Below are positions 30,985-41,563 of a DNA stretch of 64,000 nt, piece by piece. A program made the position numbers and the translations under genes. The first letter of the stretch is position 1, and every line of letters begins with the position of its first letter. This DNA is from an uncultured cyanobacterium. Lineage in GTDB: Bacteria; Cyanobacteriota; Cyanobacteriia; Cyanobacteriales; CAWCAG01. A model generated the notes under the pieces. It made no database searches and was not told the DNA's origin. It saw nothing but the letters and a program-made list of their open reading frames with translations. The stretch spans positions 82,667 through 146,666 of the forward strand of contig CAWDOD010000005.1 in assembly GCA_963803805.1 (NCBI GenBank), in the 5' to 3' direction.

Positions 30985-33717
30985 TTAAAAACCTTGATTA
31001 GCAATCCCGGCTAAAACTTGCTCTTTATGCTCTCCTGGTTCTAAAGTATTAGCTAATTCTTCAGCTTGTGTCAATACTTCTGTTGCTTGTTGTTTTTGAT
31101 TGGCGATTCCATATTGTTGAGCAATTCGTCGTAGGGCAGTAATTTGATAATCGACTCCTCCTGTCGCTAAAGCAATTTTTTGGGCAAAGTCATATTCTTC
31201 AGCTTCTAAGGAGGCTTGCAAAGTTTCCCATAGCTTATCTTCCCAAGCTTGCTGATCTTGAATATCTTGTGCTGCTTCTAAAGCCAGAGTTAGAGTTTGC
31301 TCAGAGGCTTGATTGTTTCCTGCTTTAGTATAATTAAAGGCAAAGCCTAAAAACATATATGCTTTAGCTTCAGGCTGTAAAATTGCCTGGGTAATGTTAA
31401 TTATTTGATTGTCATCCCAACCTGGGGCAGGGGCTGAAAAACCATAACCAGCGTTATCAAAAAAACTTACTTGCTCACTTAATAATCGATCCTTTGCTCC
31501 TGTATCTGGTATCTTTTGGGCAGCAGCTAAAGCTTGATTCAAAGTTTCTGAACTCAGAGAGGAATTATTGAGGCTATTATATTTCTGGGCAAGGGTTAAT
31601 AACAGACTTGTTTTTTGCTCAGGATCATGAACTTGCTGCACTACATCCTGAGCAAGTTGAGGACTACTAGCATCAGCCAAGATAGCAACCAAGGAGTTTA
31701 GTTGCTGTTTTTTCTCGTAGTCTGATGGCAATCGGTTGATTTGCTGCAAAGTCTTACTAATTAAAGGCTTTAGCTTGATATTTTCAGCACTAGCATTTTT
31801 GTAAGCAGCAATAAAACTAATCGATAAAGATACATCTCCCAGTTTTTCTACTTGAGGTGCAGCCTCATCTAAAATTGTGTAGGCAAAGCTCGCTCCCGGC
31901 ATCGCTTCTTCTTTTTCGCCAACTTCTGCTAACAAGCTAGCAAATTGTAATTTGGCGTTGATACTCCAGTCTTCTACTGCAATAGTTGAGTTAAGTTGCT
32001 GTGCCTTGGCAATAATACTTTTTACCCGCTCAAAATTACCGAGGTTTTTTTCTAAACGTGCAATTGCTAGGAAATCGCTAATGCGCTCATAAGGTTCCCC
32101 TGGTAAAGTTAGACTTTCTTCCTCAGCTTGGACTAATAGTATCTCAGCTTGCTCTTTTTCCCCTAATTCAATATATTCTTCAGCAATATACCAAATCCTG
32201 TTTTCAGAGTGAAAAAAACCATAAGTACTTGAGTTTGACAACTGTTGCCGATTAAATTTGTTGATTGACTGAGCCGCAACAGATAAGATTTCTACACCTC
32301 GCTGCTTTTGCCCAAACTCAACAAAATCCCTAGCTAAGGGGATGAGAATTGTGGCATTGGAGTACTGAAAAAACAAACTTCGCTCCGGTACAACATTAAC
32401 TATTTCAATAGTTTTGGCAATATTGAAGGCGCGATCTAATGTTGCTATTGCTTGGGATGAGTTACCATTTTCATGGTAGGTACGGGCAATAGTTTGTAAC
32501 GCATTTACTTGATCTTCTTTTTTGCTTAAATTGAGAGCAACTTCTTGAGCAAAAGCAAAGTCTTTTTGTGTAAGAGATTGCTGAATAATCTCAAAAAATA
32601 ACTCGACTTTAGGATCTGTATATTCAGGCAAAGGCAGTAAAACGTCGTCAGGAATCAACTTTGCAAATTCAAAAGCTTTCTGATATTTCCCTTGGCTAAG
32701 ATAAGCGTTAGCTAACAAAGAGCGATCAAAAGCAGCCTCATTACCATCACCCCTTAACTTAGCTGCAAAGTCTCTAACTTTCTCCTCTTGCCCAGTTGCC
32801 AACCATTTTCCTAACCAATGACTAAGGGGAGGATCACCCCTTTGTTTACTTAACTCCACGGCTAACTCAACAATTTCCTTCGCTTCTTGCTGTTGCCCTA
32901 CCGCCAAGTGAGCATCTGCCAAACTTTCTAATACTTGTACCCGAAATACTGGGTTAGATATCTTTTCGCTAGCTGCGGTGGCAACTTCATAATAACCAGC
33001 CCTAGAAGCATTCTTAGCTAGGTTACTAGCTACGCTATAAATATTATCTTCATCACTTAAGGTAGAAATAAAAGCCAAAGCTTCTTGATATTTTTTCTTT
33101 TGACTATAACTTTGTATAACCGCATCTACCGCCTGATATTGTTGGTAGTTATTTTCTTGTATAGAAAGAGCAATCTCCTCCGCTTCTACTAGCTTACCTG
33201 CTTGACTAAAAGCTGTCACCACTTCCACTAAAGCACGGGATTGAGCAGCTTCTAATTCTAAACCACGGGCATATTCTAAAGCTTGTTTGTACTCTTTCGC
33301 TGTTAAATAAGCTTGAGTAATCATCACTTCAGCTTTGATTCTGGCTGCAAACCAACGCTCATCTTCTATTCTGGCATCGTAGCTAATTTGTTTAGTAAGG
33401 GCGATCGCTTCTTCGATTGCCCCCACCTTAGCTAATTCGGCAATTACTACTACCAAGGTTTCATTTTTGCTTAGTTCGTCTTCAATATCTTCGGCCAAGG
33501 TAAAGGCTTGAGTCAATGTTTCTACAGCTTTGTCTTGCTGATTTTCTCCAGCTAACTGGCGTGCTTTAAAGAGCAACTCCCACACCACATCTAACGGTTG
33601 AGAAGGATTTTGAGAAGATGCTAATAGGTTAATTTGAGACTTGCTGTAAGCAACTTCAGCAAAGGGAACACAAATCAAACAACCTATCACCAAAAACAAA
33701 AAATAGTTTTTAATCAC
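30985..33717 (-). CDS. exported TPR-like helical repeat protein
   Basis: N-terminal signal peptide; repeats of the type ALxxIAxxYxxxGxxxxAxxxLxxA. Confidence 0.8.
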   Translation of the reverse strand: MIKNYFLFLVIGCLICVPFAEVAYSKSQINLLASSQNPSQPLDVVWELLFKARQLAGENQQDKAVETLTQAFTLAEDIEDELSKNETLVVVIAELAKVGAIEEAIALTKQISYDARIEDERWFAARIKAEVMITQAYLTAKEYKQALEYARGLELEAAQSRALVEVVTAFSQAGKLVEAEEIALSIQENNYQQYQAVDAVIQSYSQKKKYQEALAFISTLSDEDNIYSVASNLAKNASRAGYYEVATAASEKISNPVFRVQVLESLADAHLAVGQQQEAKEIVELAVELSKQRGDPPLSHWLGKWLATGQEEKVRDFAAKLRGDGNEAAFDRSLLANAYLSQGKYQKAFEFAKLIPDDVLLPLPEYTDPKVELFFEIIQQSLTQKDFAFAQEVALNLSKKEDQVNALQTIARTYHENGNSSQAIATLDRAFNIAKTIEIVNVVPERSLFFQYSNATILIPLARDFVEFGQKQRGVEILSVAAQSINKFNRQQLSNSSTYGFFHSENRIWYIAEEYIELGEKEQAEILLVQAEEESLTLPGEPYERISDFLAIARLEKNLGNFERVKSIIAKAQQLNSTIAVEDWSINAKLQFASLLAEVGEKEEAMPGASFAYTILDEAAPQVEKLGDVSLSISFIAAYKNASAENIKLKPLISKTLQQINRLPSDYEKKQQLNSLVAILADASSPQLAQDVVQQVHDPEQKTSLLLTLAQKYNSLNNSSLSSETLNQALAAAQKIPDTGAKDRLLSEQVSFFDNAGYGFSAPAPGWDDNQIINITQAILQPEAKAYMFLGFAFNYTKAGNNQASEQTLTLALEAAQDIQDQQAWEDKLWETLQASLEAEEYDFAQKIALATGGVDYQITALRRIAQQYGIANQKQQATEVLTQAEELANTLEPGEHKEQVLAGIANQGF
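31880..31900. mobile_element. 21-nt SDR5-like element in a degenerate HIP1 site, in frame in the TPR gene
   Basis: GTG[TAGGCAAAGCTCGCTCCCGGC]ATCGC; removal leaves GTGATCGC. Confidence 0.72.
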
Positions 33718-33793
33718 AGTTTTAATTTCTAAAAGTGTAAACTCCTAGACATAAAAACAACCTTCTTTGTTCAGCATTTCCCACAACCTTTGT

Positions 33794-35119
33794 TCATTGC
33801 ATGGTTACAAACTCCTCTGCCACCGTAGGATGAAGAGCAACTGTCGCATCAAAATCAGCTTTGGTACAGCCTTTTTTAACAGCGATCGCCACTCCTTGAA
33901 TAATTTCTGCGGCGTGATCCCCTACCATATGAGCGCCTAAAACTTGGTCATTCTCTTTGTTAACTACCAACTTCATCATGGTTTTTTCATCACGATGAGC
34001 CAAACTATAGTAAGTAGACTTAAACTTAGCGCGGTAAGTTTTGATCCCTTCCTCGCCATATTGTTCTTGTGCTTCAGCTTCAGTTAAACCTACTGTACCA
34101 GCTTCAGGAGTAGAGAATATAGCCGTGGGGATATTATCATAAGCCATGGTTTTAGACATCCCACCAAACTCTGTATCAGCGAAAGCCCGTCCTTCCCTAA
34201 TGGCTACAGGAGTTAATTGTACTCGATCTAAACAATCTCCCACTGCATAAATATTTTTTTGTGCCGTTTGCCCATACTTATCAGCCACAACAGCACCATT
34301 TTTAATCTCAACCCCAGTATTTTCTAAACCAAGCTTCTCTAAGTTAGGTGTGCGCCCTGTAGCGGCTAAAACAACTTCTGCTGTAGAATCCCCCACCTTT
34401 AATCCTTCCGGTGTCTTAGTAACTTCCTTAGCCTCTGTTCCTGTGATTAAATTAATCCCATGACTCGCCATTGCTTCAGTAATAGTTAAACGCAAATCAT
34501 CATCAAATCCCCGGAGAATTTTGTCTCCGCGAACTATTTGTGTTACCTGGGTTCCTAAGCCATTCATAATACAGGCAAATTCTGTACCAATATAACCACC
34601 ACCCAAAATGATCATCTGCTTAGGTTGTTCTTTGAGGGTAAACATATCATCAGAGGTAATGGTATGTTCTATACCCGGAATATCTGGTGTTTGAGGTTTC
34701 CCTCCCACCGCAATTAAAATTTTCTCGGCTGTTACCTTCTCTTCACCAATTTCTAGGGTATGGGGATCGAGAAACTTAGCATAACCGCGATAGATTTTAA
34801 CACCACCTTTATCCAACATCCTTTGATAAACCCCATTTAACCGCGTCAGTTCCTTATCAATGGCTGTCACCAGCTTTGACCAATCAAAGCTACTTTCTAC
34901 TCCACTCCAACCGTAACCTTGCCCGTCATGGAAAAGTTCAGGAAAATGGGAAGCATAAACCATCAACTTTTTAGGAATACAACCGCGATTAACGCAGGTT
35001 CCCCCCAAACGGCTAAATTCCGCTACAGCAACTTTAGCACCATATCCTGCTGCTCTCCTAGCACAAGCAACGCCTCCAGAACCTGCACCAATAACAAATA
35101 AATCATAATCGTAACTCAT
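33794..35119 (-). CDS. gor: glutathione-disulfide reductase
   Basis: GAGSGG, GGTCVNRGCIPKK, LTPVAI, HPTVAEE. Confidence 0.95.
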   Translation of the reverse strand: MSYDYDLFVIGAGSGGVACARRAAGYGAKVAVAEFSRLGGTCVNRGCIPKKLMVYASHFPELFHDGQGYGWSGVESSFDWSKLVTAIDKELTRLNGVYQRMLDKGGVKIYRGYAKFLDPHTLEIGEEKVTAEKILIAVGGKPQTPDIPGIEHTITSDDMFTLKEQPKQMIILGGGYIGTEFACIMNGLGTQVTQIVRGDKILRGFDDDLRLTITEAMASHGINLITGTEAKEVTKTPEGLKVGDSTAEVVLAATGRTPNLEKLGLENTGVEIKNGAVVADKYGQTAQKNIYAVGDCLDRVQLTPVAIREGRAFADTEFGGMSKTMAYDNIPTAIFSTPEAGTVGLTEAEAQEQYGEEGIKTYRAKFKSTYYSLAHRDEKTMMKLVVNKENDQVLGAHMVGDHAAEIIQGVAIAVKKGCTKADFDATVALHPTVAEEFVTMQ

Positions 35120-35235
35120 AAATTTTATTAACTCCGTTTTTTATTAATTTGTTTTAGTTAGGAAACAGGGTTAGCGTTAGCCTCGCCGTAAGGTTACAAG
35201 GAACAGAGAATAGGATAATCATTGTTATGAACCAA

Positions 35236-35887
35236 CTAGCCATCAACCTGATTATCTGAAGAACCATTAACCAACCTCGTACGCCCATTACGAATTACCC
35301 TTAACATATCCCCTAGTTGCTCTTCTATTTTTGACAAAACCGCATCAGCATATTCATCGGCCCCATTTTGAATATCTTCGCACTCATCTAAGGCCATTTG
35401 CCGTAATTGTTCAATTTCTTGATGGGCTTGAATACGAATTTGCTCAATTTCTGAGAGGGTTTGTTGCTGCATTTGTTCGCATTCTTGTCTCACCCCTTCC
35501 CTAATTTGATTAGCCTCAAATTCTGCTTGTCTAATAATACCCGTTTCTTCTAAGATTTCTTGGGCCTCTACCCTGGGCTTCTGTTAAGATTTCTTGGGCA
35601 TATTCTTCCGCATCTAAAAGAATAACCTCTTTTTGGCGTAGAATTTCCTTAGCTGCCTCAAAAGCATCAGGTAGATTAATACGTACTAAATCTAGCTGAT
35701 CGAGGAGTTGTTCTTCATCAATCAGGGTACGTTTAGTTAAAAAAAGGCGAGGGCTATCAAGAATAATTTCTTCAAGCCTGTTTAATTCCCGTTGAATGTC
35801 AAAACTGAGGGCAGTAACGGGAATTTGTTCTGATTGATTGAACTGATTTAGTTCTGGTTCGATCCGGGATGAGTCTTGGTGTAACAC
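35236..35887 (-). CDS. DivIVA-like coiled-coil cell division protein (Cdv3-like), frameshift near 35565
   Basis: [16 protein letters not shown]...[10 protein letters not shown] and [10 protein letters not shown]; lies immediately downstream of coaD. Frames join as [15 protein letters not shown]. Confidence 0.82.
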
Positions 35888-36348
35888 TGGTAGATATCCG
35901 TGACAATATTCTCAGGAACCAGGTGATCGACACAGCCACCGAACCTGGCAATTTCTTTAACTACGCTACTACTCAGAAAGCTATGTTCAGTAGAAGTAGC
36001 GAGAAAAACTGTTTCAATTTCTTCTAAGAGAGTTTTATTGGTATGAGCCATCTGGAGTTCTTTTTCAAAGTCTGAAAGTACCCGTAAGCCCCTTAACAAA
36101 ACTTTAGCCTCGCGACTTTGGGCATATTCCACCGTTAAGCCAGTAAAACTGTCAACTTCTACATTAGCAAGATGAGCCGTACATCGGCGAATTTGTTCAA
36201 CTCGTTTGTTTACCGTGAATAAAGGACTTTTGCTAGGATTACACAAAACTCCCACAATTATTTTCTCGTAGAGTTTAGCACTACGTTCGATGATATCGAG
36301 ATGGCCCAAGGTGATAGGATCAAAACTACCAGGATAGATTGCAATCAC
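35848..36348 (-). CDS. coaD: pantetheine-phosphate adenylyltransferase
   Basis: [29 protein letters not shown]. Confidence 0.96.
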   Translation of the reverse strand: MIAIYPGSFDPITLGHLDIIERSAKLYEKIIVGVLCNPSKSPLFTVNKRVEQIRRCTAHLANVEVDSFTGLTVEYAQSREAKVLLRGLRVLSDFEKELQMAHTNKTLLEEIETVFLATSTEHSFLSSSVVKEIARFGGCVDHLVPENIVTDIYQCYTKTHPGSNQN

Positions 36349-36625
36349 AAATCGTAGCTAGGATTAAGTTAGTTTGGAATGATTATACCTACCATTGGAC
36401 TGATGAGGTGATGAAGTGATGGAGAACCAGTAGTAATAGTTATCAAAACAAAAAACCTTTAAATGCCCTTACTTACATTGTCGGGAAGAATGTCAAGTTA
36501 AGACTTGCAAAGTTGAAGGGTAAGTTTTTTTAACATCTAATTAGGGATTGAGGAGCTACAATGCTCAATTGATCCACCAAACTTTGATACTGTTGTAATT
36601 TTTACTCTGAATACTCTTTAAAACT

Positions 36626-36808
36626 ATGAACCTCTGGAAAATTCTAATTGTTTTTGCTATTGCCATTGTTATTGTTAAGTTTGTTGCTTCTTTTTTAGGA
36701 CGCGGCAATGTTCCGATCCTCAATAATGTGGTTACTGCCATTCTTGCTACTTTTGTTTGCTTTGAGTTATTTCAGCTTGGCAAAATCTTACTAGCTTCTG
36801 TTTCTTAA
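36626..36808 (+). CDS. small two-TM hypothetical protein
   Basis: 60-aa ORF with two hydrophobic helices, filling an intergenic gap. Confidence 0.6.
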   Translation: MNLWKILIVFAIAIVIVKFVASFLGRGNVPILNNVVTAILATFVCFELFQLGKILLASVS

Positions 36809-36974
36809 ACAATTAGGGAATAGGTAATGGGTAATAGGTAATGGGTAATAGTTAAGCTCCGTTTTACTTGTTACCTTTCATTCTGTATCCGGTCTTCAAT
36901 GGTTAAGAAAGTTAATTCATTAAGGGCTTCGTTATTATTCCAGATTACTTACATTGTGGAAGCCATATTAAAAA

Positions 36975-37787
36975 TCACCTATCACCTGATTTAACTATCT
37001 CAATTTCATATAACTTTGGCCATAGCTTTCCTGTCACAAATAACCTCTTTTTCTCTCTATCATAGGCAATACCATTAAGTACATCTTGCCCCTTTTTGCC
37101 AGCATCGGGATTTAAACCTCGTAAATCCAATAAGCTTAATACTTCACCTGTGTCAGGAGAAATTCGAGCGATAAAATTAGTCGTCCAAATATTAGCGAAA
37201 ACTTCCCCATTAATATATTCCAATTCATTTAACCTTCGTACTGGCTTACCATGATAACGAACTTTGATACTACCTAATTGTGTAAAAGTTTCTGGATCAA
37301 GAAAATAAAGATTATCTGTACCATCGCTCATAATTAGGCGATCGCCGTCATTAGTAATGCCCCAGCCTTCCGTAGGATAAGTAAATTCCCTTTCTTGGTT
37401 AAAGGTTTCTTGGTTATAAACAAAACCAACTTGAGACTTCCAAGTTAACTGGACAATTCTATTTTGCCAAAGGGCAATTCCTTCTCCAAAATAACGTTGC
37501 GCCAAAAGTACTTTTTGGAGGACTTTTCCTGTTGTCAACTCCACTTTTCGCAAAGAAGATTCACCATACAAACCTGTTCCTTCATAAAGGAAACCCTGAT
37601 TGTAAAATAGTCCCTGAGTAAAAGCTTGGGAATCGTGGGGATAGGTATTAACAACATGATAACTGCAAATTGAGGCTGGCACTGACTGATTTTCAACTGA
37701 AGTGTTCGCTTTTTTTCCTTGGAACCATACAGTACTAATAATTAATAAAAAAATAATTGTAGCAAGGGCAAAAAATTTACTTCGCAA
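36975..37787 (-). CDS. glutaminyl-peptide cyclotransferase
   Basis: YPHD.AFTQGL, FGEG, EGWG, LNELE, VLNGIA, VTGKLWP. Confidence 0.93.
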   Translation of the reverse strand: MRSKFFALATIIFLLIISTVWFQGKKANTSVENQSVPASICSYHVVNTYPHDSQAFTQGLFYNQGFLYEGTGLYGESSLRKVELTTGKVLQKVLLAQRYFGEGIALWQNRIVQLTWKSQVGFVYNQETFNQEREFTYPTEGWGITNDGDRLIMSDGTDNLYFLDPETFTQLGSIKVRYHGKPVRRLNELEYINGEVFANIWTTNFIARISPDTGEVLSLLDLRGLNPDAGKKGQDVLNGIAYDREKKRLFVTGKLWPKLYEIEIVKSGDR

Positions 37788-37815
37788 GGATCTCTCCTAA
37801 AATTAAGCAATAACT

Positions 37816-38064
37816 TTATCTTGATTTTAAACTACTTAACTTATTGCTTAATCTTGAATTAGCCAAAGTTGCTTCCACCCCACCCATACCCGGCATGAGG
37901 ATATCCATCAATACTACATCAGGGTGAAGTTCTTCTACCTCCTTAATAGCGACTCCCCCACATTCTGCCTCTCCGACAATTTCTAAAGAATCTTCCTCTG
38001 CTAAAAAAAGCTTTAAGGCACGGCGTATCAGAGTTTGATCATCAACCAGCAAAACGCGAATCAT
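37816..38064 (-). pseudogene. truncated NarL-type response regulator (N-terminal part of REC only)
   Basis: MIRVLLVDDQ...VLMDILMPGMGGVEAT, then similarity stops. The rest of REC and the HTH are absent. Confidence 0.65.
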
Positions 38065-38257
38065 AGGGGAACAGGCTATAGCCTTCAATAATTTCTCACC
38101 GACATTATAATTAAGACTAAATGTTTCTTCCGGAGGATGCAAGAACCATGAGTCCCATTTTTTGTGGTACTTTAGTCCTAAAGAAATTAGGGACTTGCGC
38201 CTCATGCAAGAGCTACTAGGGTAATTCTACGATGTAAAGAGAAAAATTAAGAGGTTA

Positions 38258-38635
38258 GTGGTTGTGAGTAAAATTCTCGTTATTGAAGATAATCCTTTCC
38301 AAAGAACAATAATTGCTAAATTTCTTAGTAATAATAAGTTTAACGTCACCGTAGCTAATGATGGGGCTGATGCTTTAGAAAAGATTAATTCTAATTATCC
38401 TGATTTAGTGCTTTTAGATATTGTTATGCCCCAATATAATGGCTACGAGGTGTGTCGCCGCATCAAATCCAACCCAAAAACCAAGGATGTTTTAGTGGTT
38501 TTTTGTTCTTCTAAAGTCACTGACGCTGATCGTTATTGGGGAATAAGACAAGGGGCTGATGCTTATCTGAGTAAACCTTTTCAACCCGGAGAGTTGTTAA
38601 TAACAATTAGGCGCTTGTTACAAACCGCTAGTTAA
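38258..38635 (+). CDS. single-domain response regulator (CheY/PilH-like)
   Basis: IEDN, LLDIVMP, DRYWGIRQGADAYLSKPF. Confidence 0.9.
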   Translation: MVVSKILVIEDNPFQRTIIAKFLSNNKFNVTVANDGADALEKINSNYPDLVLLDIVMPQYNGYEVCRRIKSNPKTKDVLVVFCSSKVTDADRYWGIRQGADAYLSKPFQPGELLITIRRLLQTAS

Positions 38636-38662
38636 TTGTTGTTAATAGAGAACAAGCACTTA

Positions 38663-40225
38663 TTACTTATTACTTATTACTTCCTGCTTAACGGCATTCG
38701 GTATGGTTAAAGTAAACTTCGTACCAATGCCTTCTTCACTTTCAAGGTTGATCGCACCTCCGTGTAAGTCTAAGCAGTGTTTAACAATTGATAAGCCTAA
38801 ACCTGTACCTTGAATTTTACTCACGTTGCTGGCGCGGTAAAAAGATTCAAATAGTCGTTGTTGCTCTTCTTTAGGAATACCAATACCTTGATCTTCAATT
38901 TGGAAAACTACTTGAGAAGAACGGCAAACTACATCAAATTTAATAGCTTTGCCAGCAGGAGAATATTTAATAGCATTAGAAAGCAAGTTTGTTAGTATAT
39001 ACCGTAGAAGTTTTTCATCTAAGATAGAAGCAGATTCACCTTGGTAGTTAAAGATGATTTCCTGTTCTGTCCCCAAGCTTAACTTGATTTCATTGATTAA
39101 ACTTAAGCAAAACTTTTCTAATTCTAAAAAAGCTATTTTAAATCTAAGCTTACCTTCTTCTACTTTACCGATCATCAACATATCATCTAGCAGATTGATC
39201 ATTCTGTTGATATTGCCTTGAATGCGCGGAAAAACTTCTTGTCTTTTTTGTGGAGTTAATTCATTGCCGTATAATTCAAGTATTTGGACTAAGCCAGAAA
39301 CGCTATTAAGAGGATTACGAAATTCATGGGAAACCATAGAAACGAAGCTGGATTTTAGTTCATTGAGTTCTTTTTCTGCTGCTAGGGCTTTGCTCATTTC
39401 TATTTCCCCTTGTTTACGTTCGGTAATATCTTCAACAACTCCTACTAAACAAGAAAATTTTCCTGCTTCAAAAACAGGAAAAGCACGTCCCCACATCCAA
39501 CGAATACCTTTATTCGGGTGAATAATTCGGTACTCTTGCTTACTGAATTCGCCTTGTTTTTCTATTTCTAAAGATGCTTCGACTTGTTGGCGATCTTCAG
39601 GATGAACGCTATTTAACCAAGCTAGGGAATTATTATAAACACTTTGACAACTCTGTCCCCAAATTTTTTCGTAAGCCTGACTAAGGTAAATAATTTGACT
39701 TTTATCAGGGGTACTAATCCAAAACACTTCGCTAATGTTTTCAGCTAATTGACGAAAGCGAAGTTCACTTTTCTGTAGGGCAATTTCTGCCTTAATTCTT
39801 TCTTGGGCTTCTTTTTCTAGCTTTTGATTAGCTGCGTTAAGTTGCAGAGACATTTGGCGCGATCGCAATAATACCCTTAACCTAGTTCGTAATAGAGTTT
39901 TTTCTAAAGGTGCGTAGATAATGTCGTCAACTAAATACTCTAAACTATCAGTGGTAATATCTATTTCTTGATGGGAAGTAATTAAAACAAAGGGCAAATA
40001 AACAGGTTTTTCTGCTTCTCTTCTGGTTAATACTTCTTTTTTAAGTAGTTCTAATGCTGAAAAATCCCCAATACAAATGTCAAATGCTTTAGTTAGTAGC
40101 TGTTTAGCTTGAAGAATAAAGTCAGTTTTTGATTGGGGCAAAATTAACTGGTAAGATCCTGCTAGCAAGTCTGAGAGGAACTTAGAGTTGTTTTGGTTAA
40201 TTGAAAGCACTAAAATGCGTTTCAT
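38663..40225 (-). CDS. PAS sensor histidine kinase with N-terminal pseudo-receiver
   Basis: PAS (RFRQLAENISEVFW, VHPEDR, DITERK); SHEFRNPL; NLLSNAIKY; GTGLGL. Confidence 0.9.
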   Translation of the reverse strand: MKRILVLSINQNNSKFLSDLLAGSYQLILPQSKTDFILQAKQLLTKAFDICIGDFSALELLKKEVLTRREAEKPVYLPFVLITSHQEIDITTDSLEYLVDDIIYAPLEKTLLRTRLRVLLRSRQMSLQLNAANQKLEKEAQERIKAEIALQKSELRFRQLAENISEVFWISTPDKSQIIYLSQAYEKIWGQSCQSVYNNSLAWLNSVHPEDRQQVEASLEIEKQGEFSKQEYRIIHPNKGIRWMWGRAFPVFEAGKFSCLVGVVEDITERKQGEIEMSKALAAEKELNELKSSFVSMVSHEFRNPLNSVSGLVQILELYGNELTPQKRQEVFPRIQGNINRMINLLDDMLMIGKVEEGKLRFKIAFLELEKFCLSLINEIKLSLGTEQEIIFNYQGESASILDEKLLRYILTNLLSNAIKYSPAGKAIKFDVVCRSSQVVFQIEDQGIGIPKEEQQRLFESFYRASNVSKIQGTGLGLSIVKHCLDLHGGAINLESEEGIGTKFTLTIPNAVKQEVISNK

Positions 40226-40607
40226 ACTAGCTAGCCCGTTTAGATTAAAAGATTAGTGCTTAGGAAATTAGGAACAGTTGAAAATTGAGGCAAAATTGAT
40301 GATTAAGGCTAAAAGCTCAAATTAAAATCTCAGGTATTGTTTACTTAAAAATCGCAAAATGAACTTTAGGTCTAATCTACAAGTATCGATTAAAATCCTA
40401 ACTGGTAGCTTTAACTCTGGTGCTAACCACGAGAGTGCATAATTCAAGCAAAGAGTAGCTATATATCACTAGCAGTATAAGAATTAATTTAGCACTTTCC
40501 AATTATCTCTCTTCAGAAAGAGAACAGCCACTCTTAAAGTATAAGAAATTGTCAGGTAGCATTTCCTACTACAACAAGGGTGGGGAATTGCTTATTGCTT
40601 CTGCTAG

Positions 40608-41483
40608 TTATCCTAGAAATTTCCTAATCAAACCAATCGTCACTCCTGGTAACTCTAACTGGGGCGTTAAACCCACATCTTCTAAAACCAAGAATTGTTT
40701 AACTGCTTCAGGATTGAGTGCGGCTAAACGTTTGCCAACTTCTGGCCCGGTGAAGGCTGATTTTTCTCCCCAGATAATTGCTGTAGGGGTAGTTAACTGC
40801 TTGATGTATAAAGCTAAATCAAAACATAAGTCTCCCCGCACAAAAGATAGTGCCGCATATTCGGCGTTAGGTTCTTTTGCTGATTGTAAGTAAGCAGCAA
40901 TAATTTCTGGGTAAATGCGTGAAGGTTTGGCAAATTGACGACTTTGGAGGAAGTTACTAATGCCACTAGCTGTAGCTACTCCGGTGCGGTAAATGAGTTT
41001 ATCAACCACAGGAACTTTAAACAACTGGATAAACCAATTACTGTTGTAATCTTGGCCAAAATCTGATAAACCTGCTGGAAGAGTAAGAATCAAACGCTTA
41101 AATAAATCAGGACGCTGAATAGCAGCGCGAATAGTCATAGCAGCGGTTAAGGAAGAGGCAACAACGGTAGTAGGCGCTTCGCAAGTGTTTTCTAGAAATT
41201 CGATAATTGTGGTGAGATAATCGTCTACTTGATAATTACGTTCCGGATGTTCTGAACGTCCCCAACCAATTAAATCTGGTGCCAGGATACGATATTCGTT
41301 AGCGAAGGCTGGGTAGACTTTTGACCACTCATAGGCAGAGGAACCACCCCCAAAGCCATGGAAAAATACCAGGGATGGTTTGTCATCATTTTCCGACCAA
41401 GGGGCTTTAGTGGGAGTGTAATAAACCATTCTGCCCAAGGAAGTCAAAATAGAATCTCTTTCTACACCAATTGGTTCAATCAT
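40608..41483 (-). CDS. alpha/beta fold hydrolase
   Basis: HGFGGGSS.YEW, APDLIGWG, ASSL. Start re-assigned to MIEP at 41483. Confidence 0.88.
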   Translation of the reverse strand: MIEPIGVERDSILTSLGRMVYYTPTKAPWSENDDKPSLVFFHGFGGGSSAYEWSKVYPAFANEYRILAPDLIGWGRSEHPERNYQVDDYLTTIIEFLENTCEAPTTVVASSLTAAMTIRAAIQRPDLFKRLILTLPAGLSDFGQDYNSNWFIQLFKVPVVDKLIYRTGVATASGISNFLQSRQFAKPSRIYPEIIAAYLQSAKEPNAEYAALSFVRGDLCFDLALYIKQLTTPTAIIWGEKSAFTGPEVGKRLAALNPEAVKQFLVLEDVGLTPQLELPGVTIGLIRKFLG

Positions 41484-41488
41484 TTTTT

Positions 41489-41524
41489 TAGGGAATAGGG
41501 AATAGGGAATAGGGAACAGAGAAT
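41489..41524. repeat. heptamer tandem repeat (TAGGGAA)n
   Basis: Four TAGGGAA units followed by a degenerate unit. Confidence 0.8.
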
Positions 41525-41563
41525 CAAGCAAGTAAAAATATTTATTAATTGCTGCTGCATAGC

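Noticed and set aside
38065..38205. N-terminal extension of the REC fragment
   Set aside because: Similarity starts at MIRVLLVDD (38064); the upstream part is probably a divergent promoter region.
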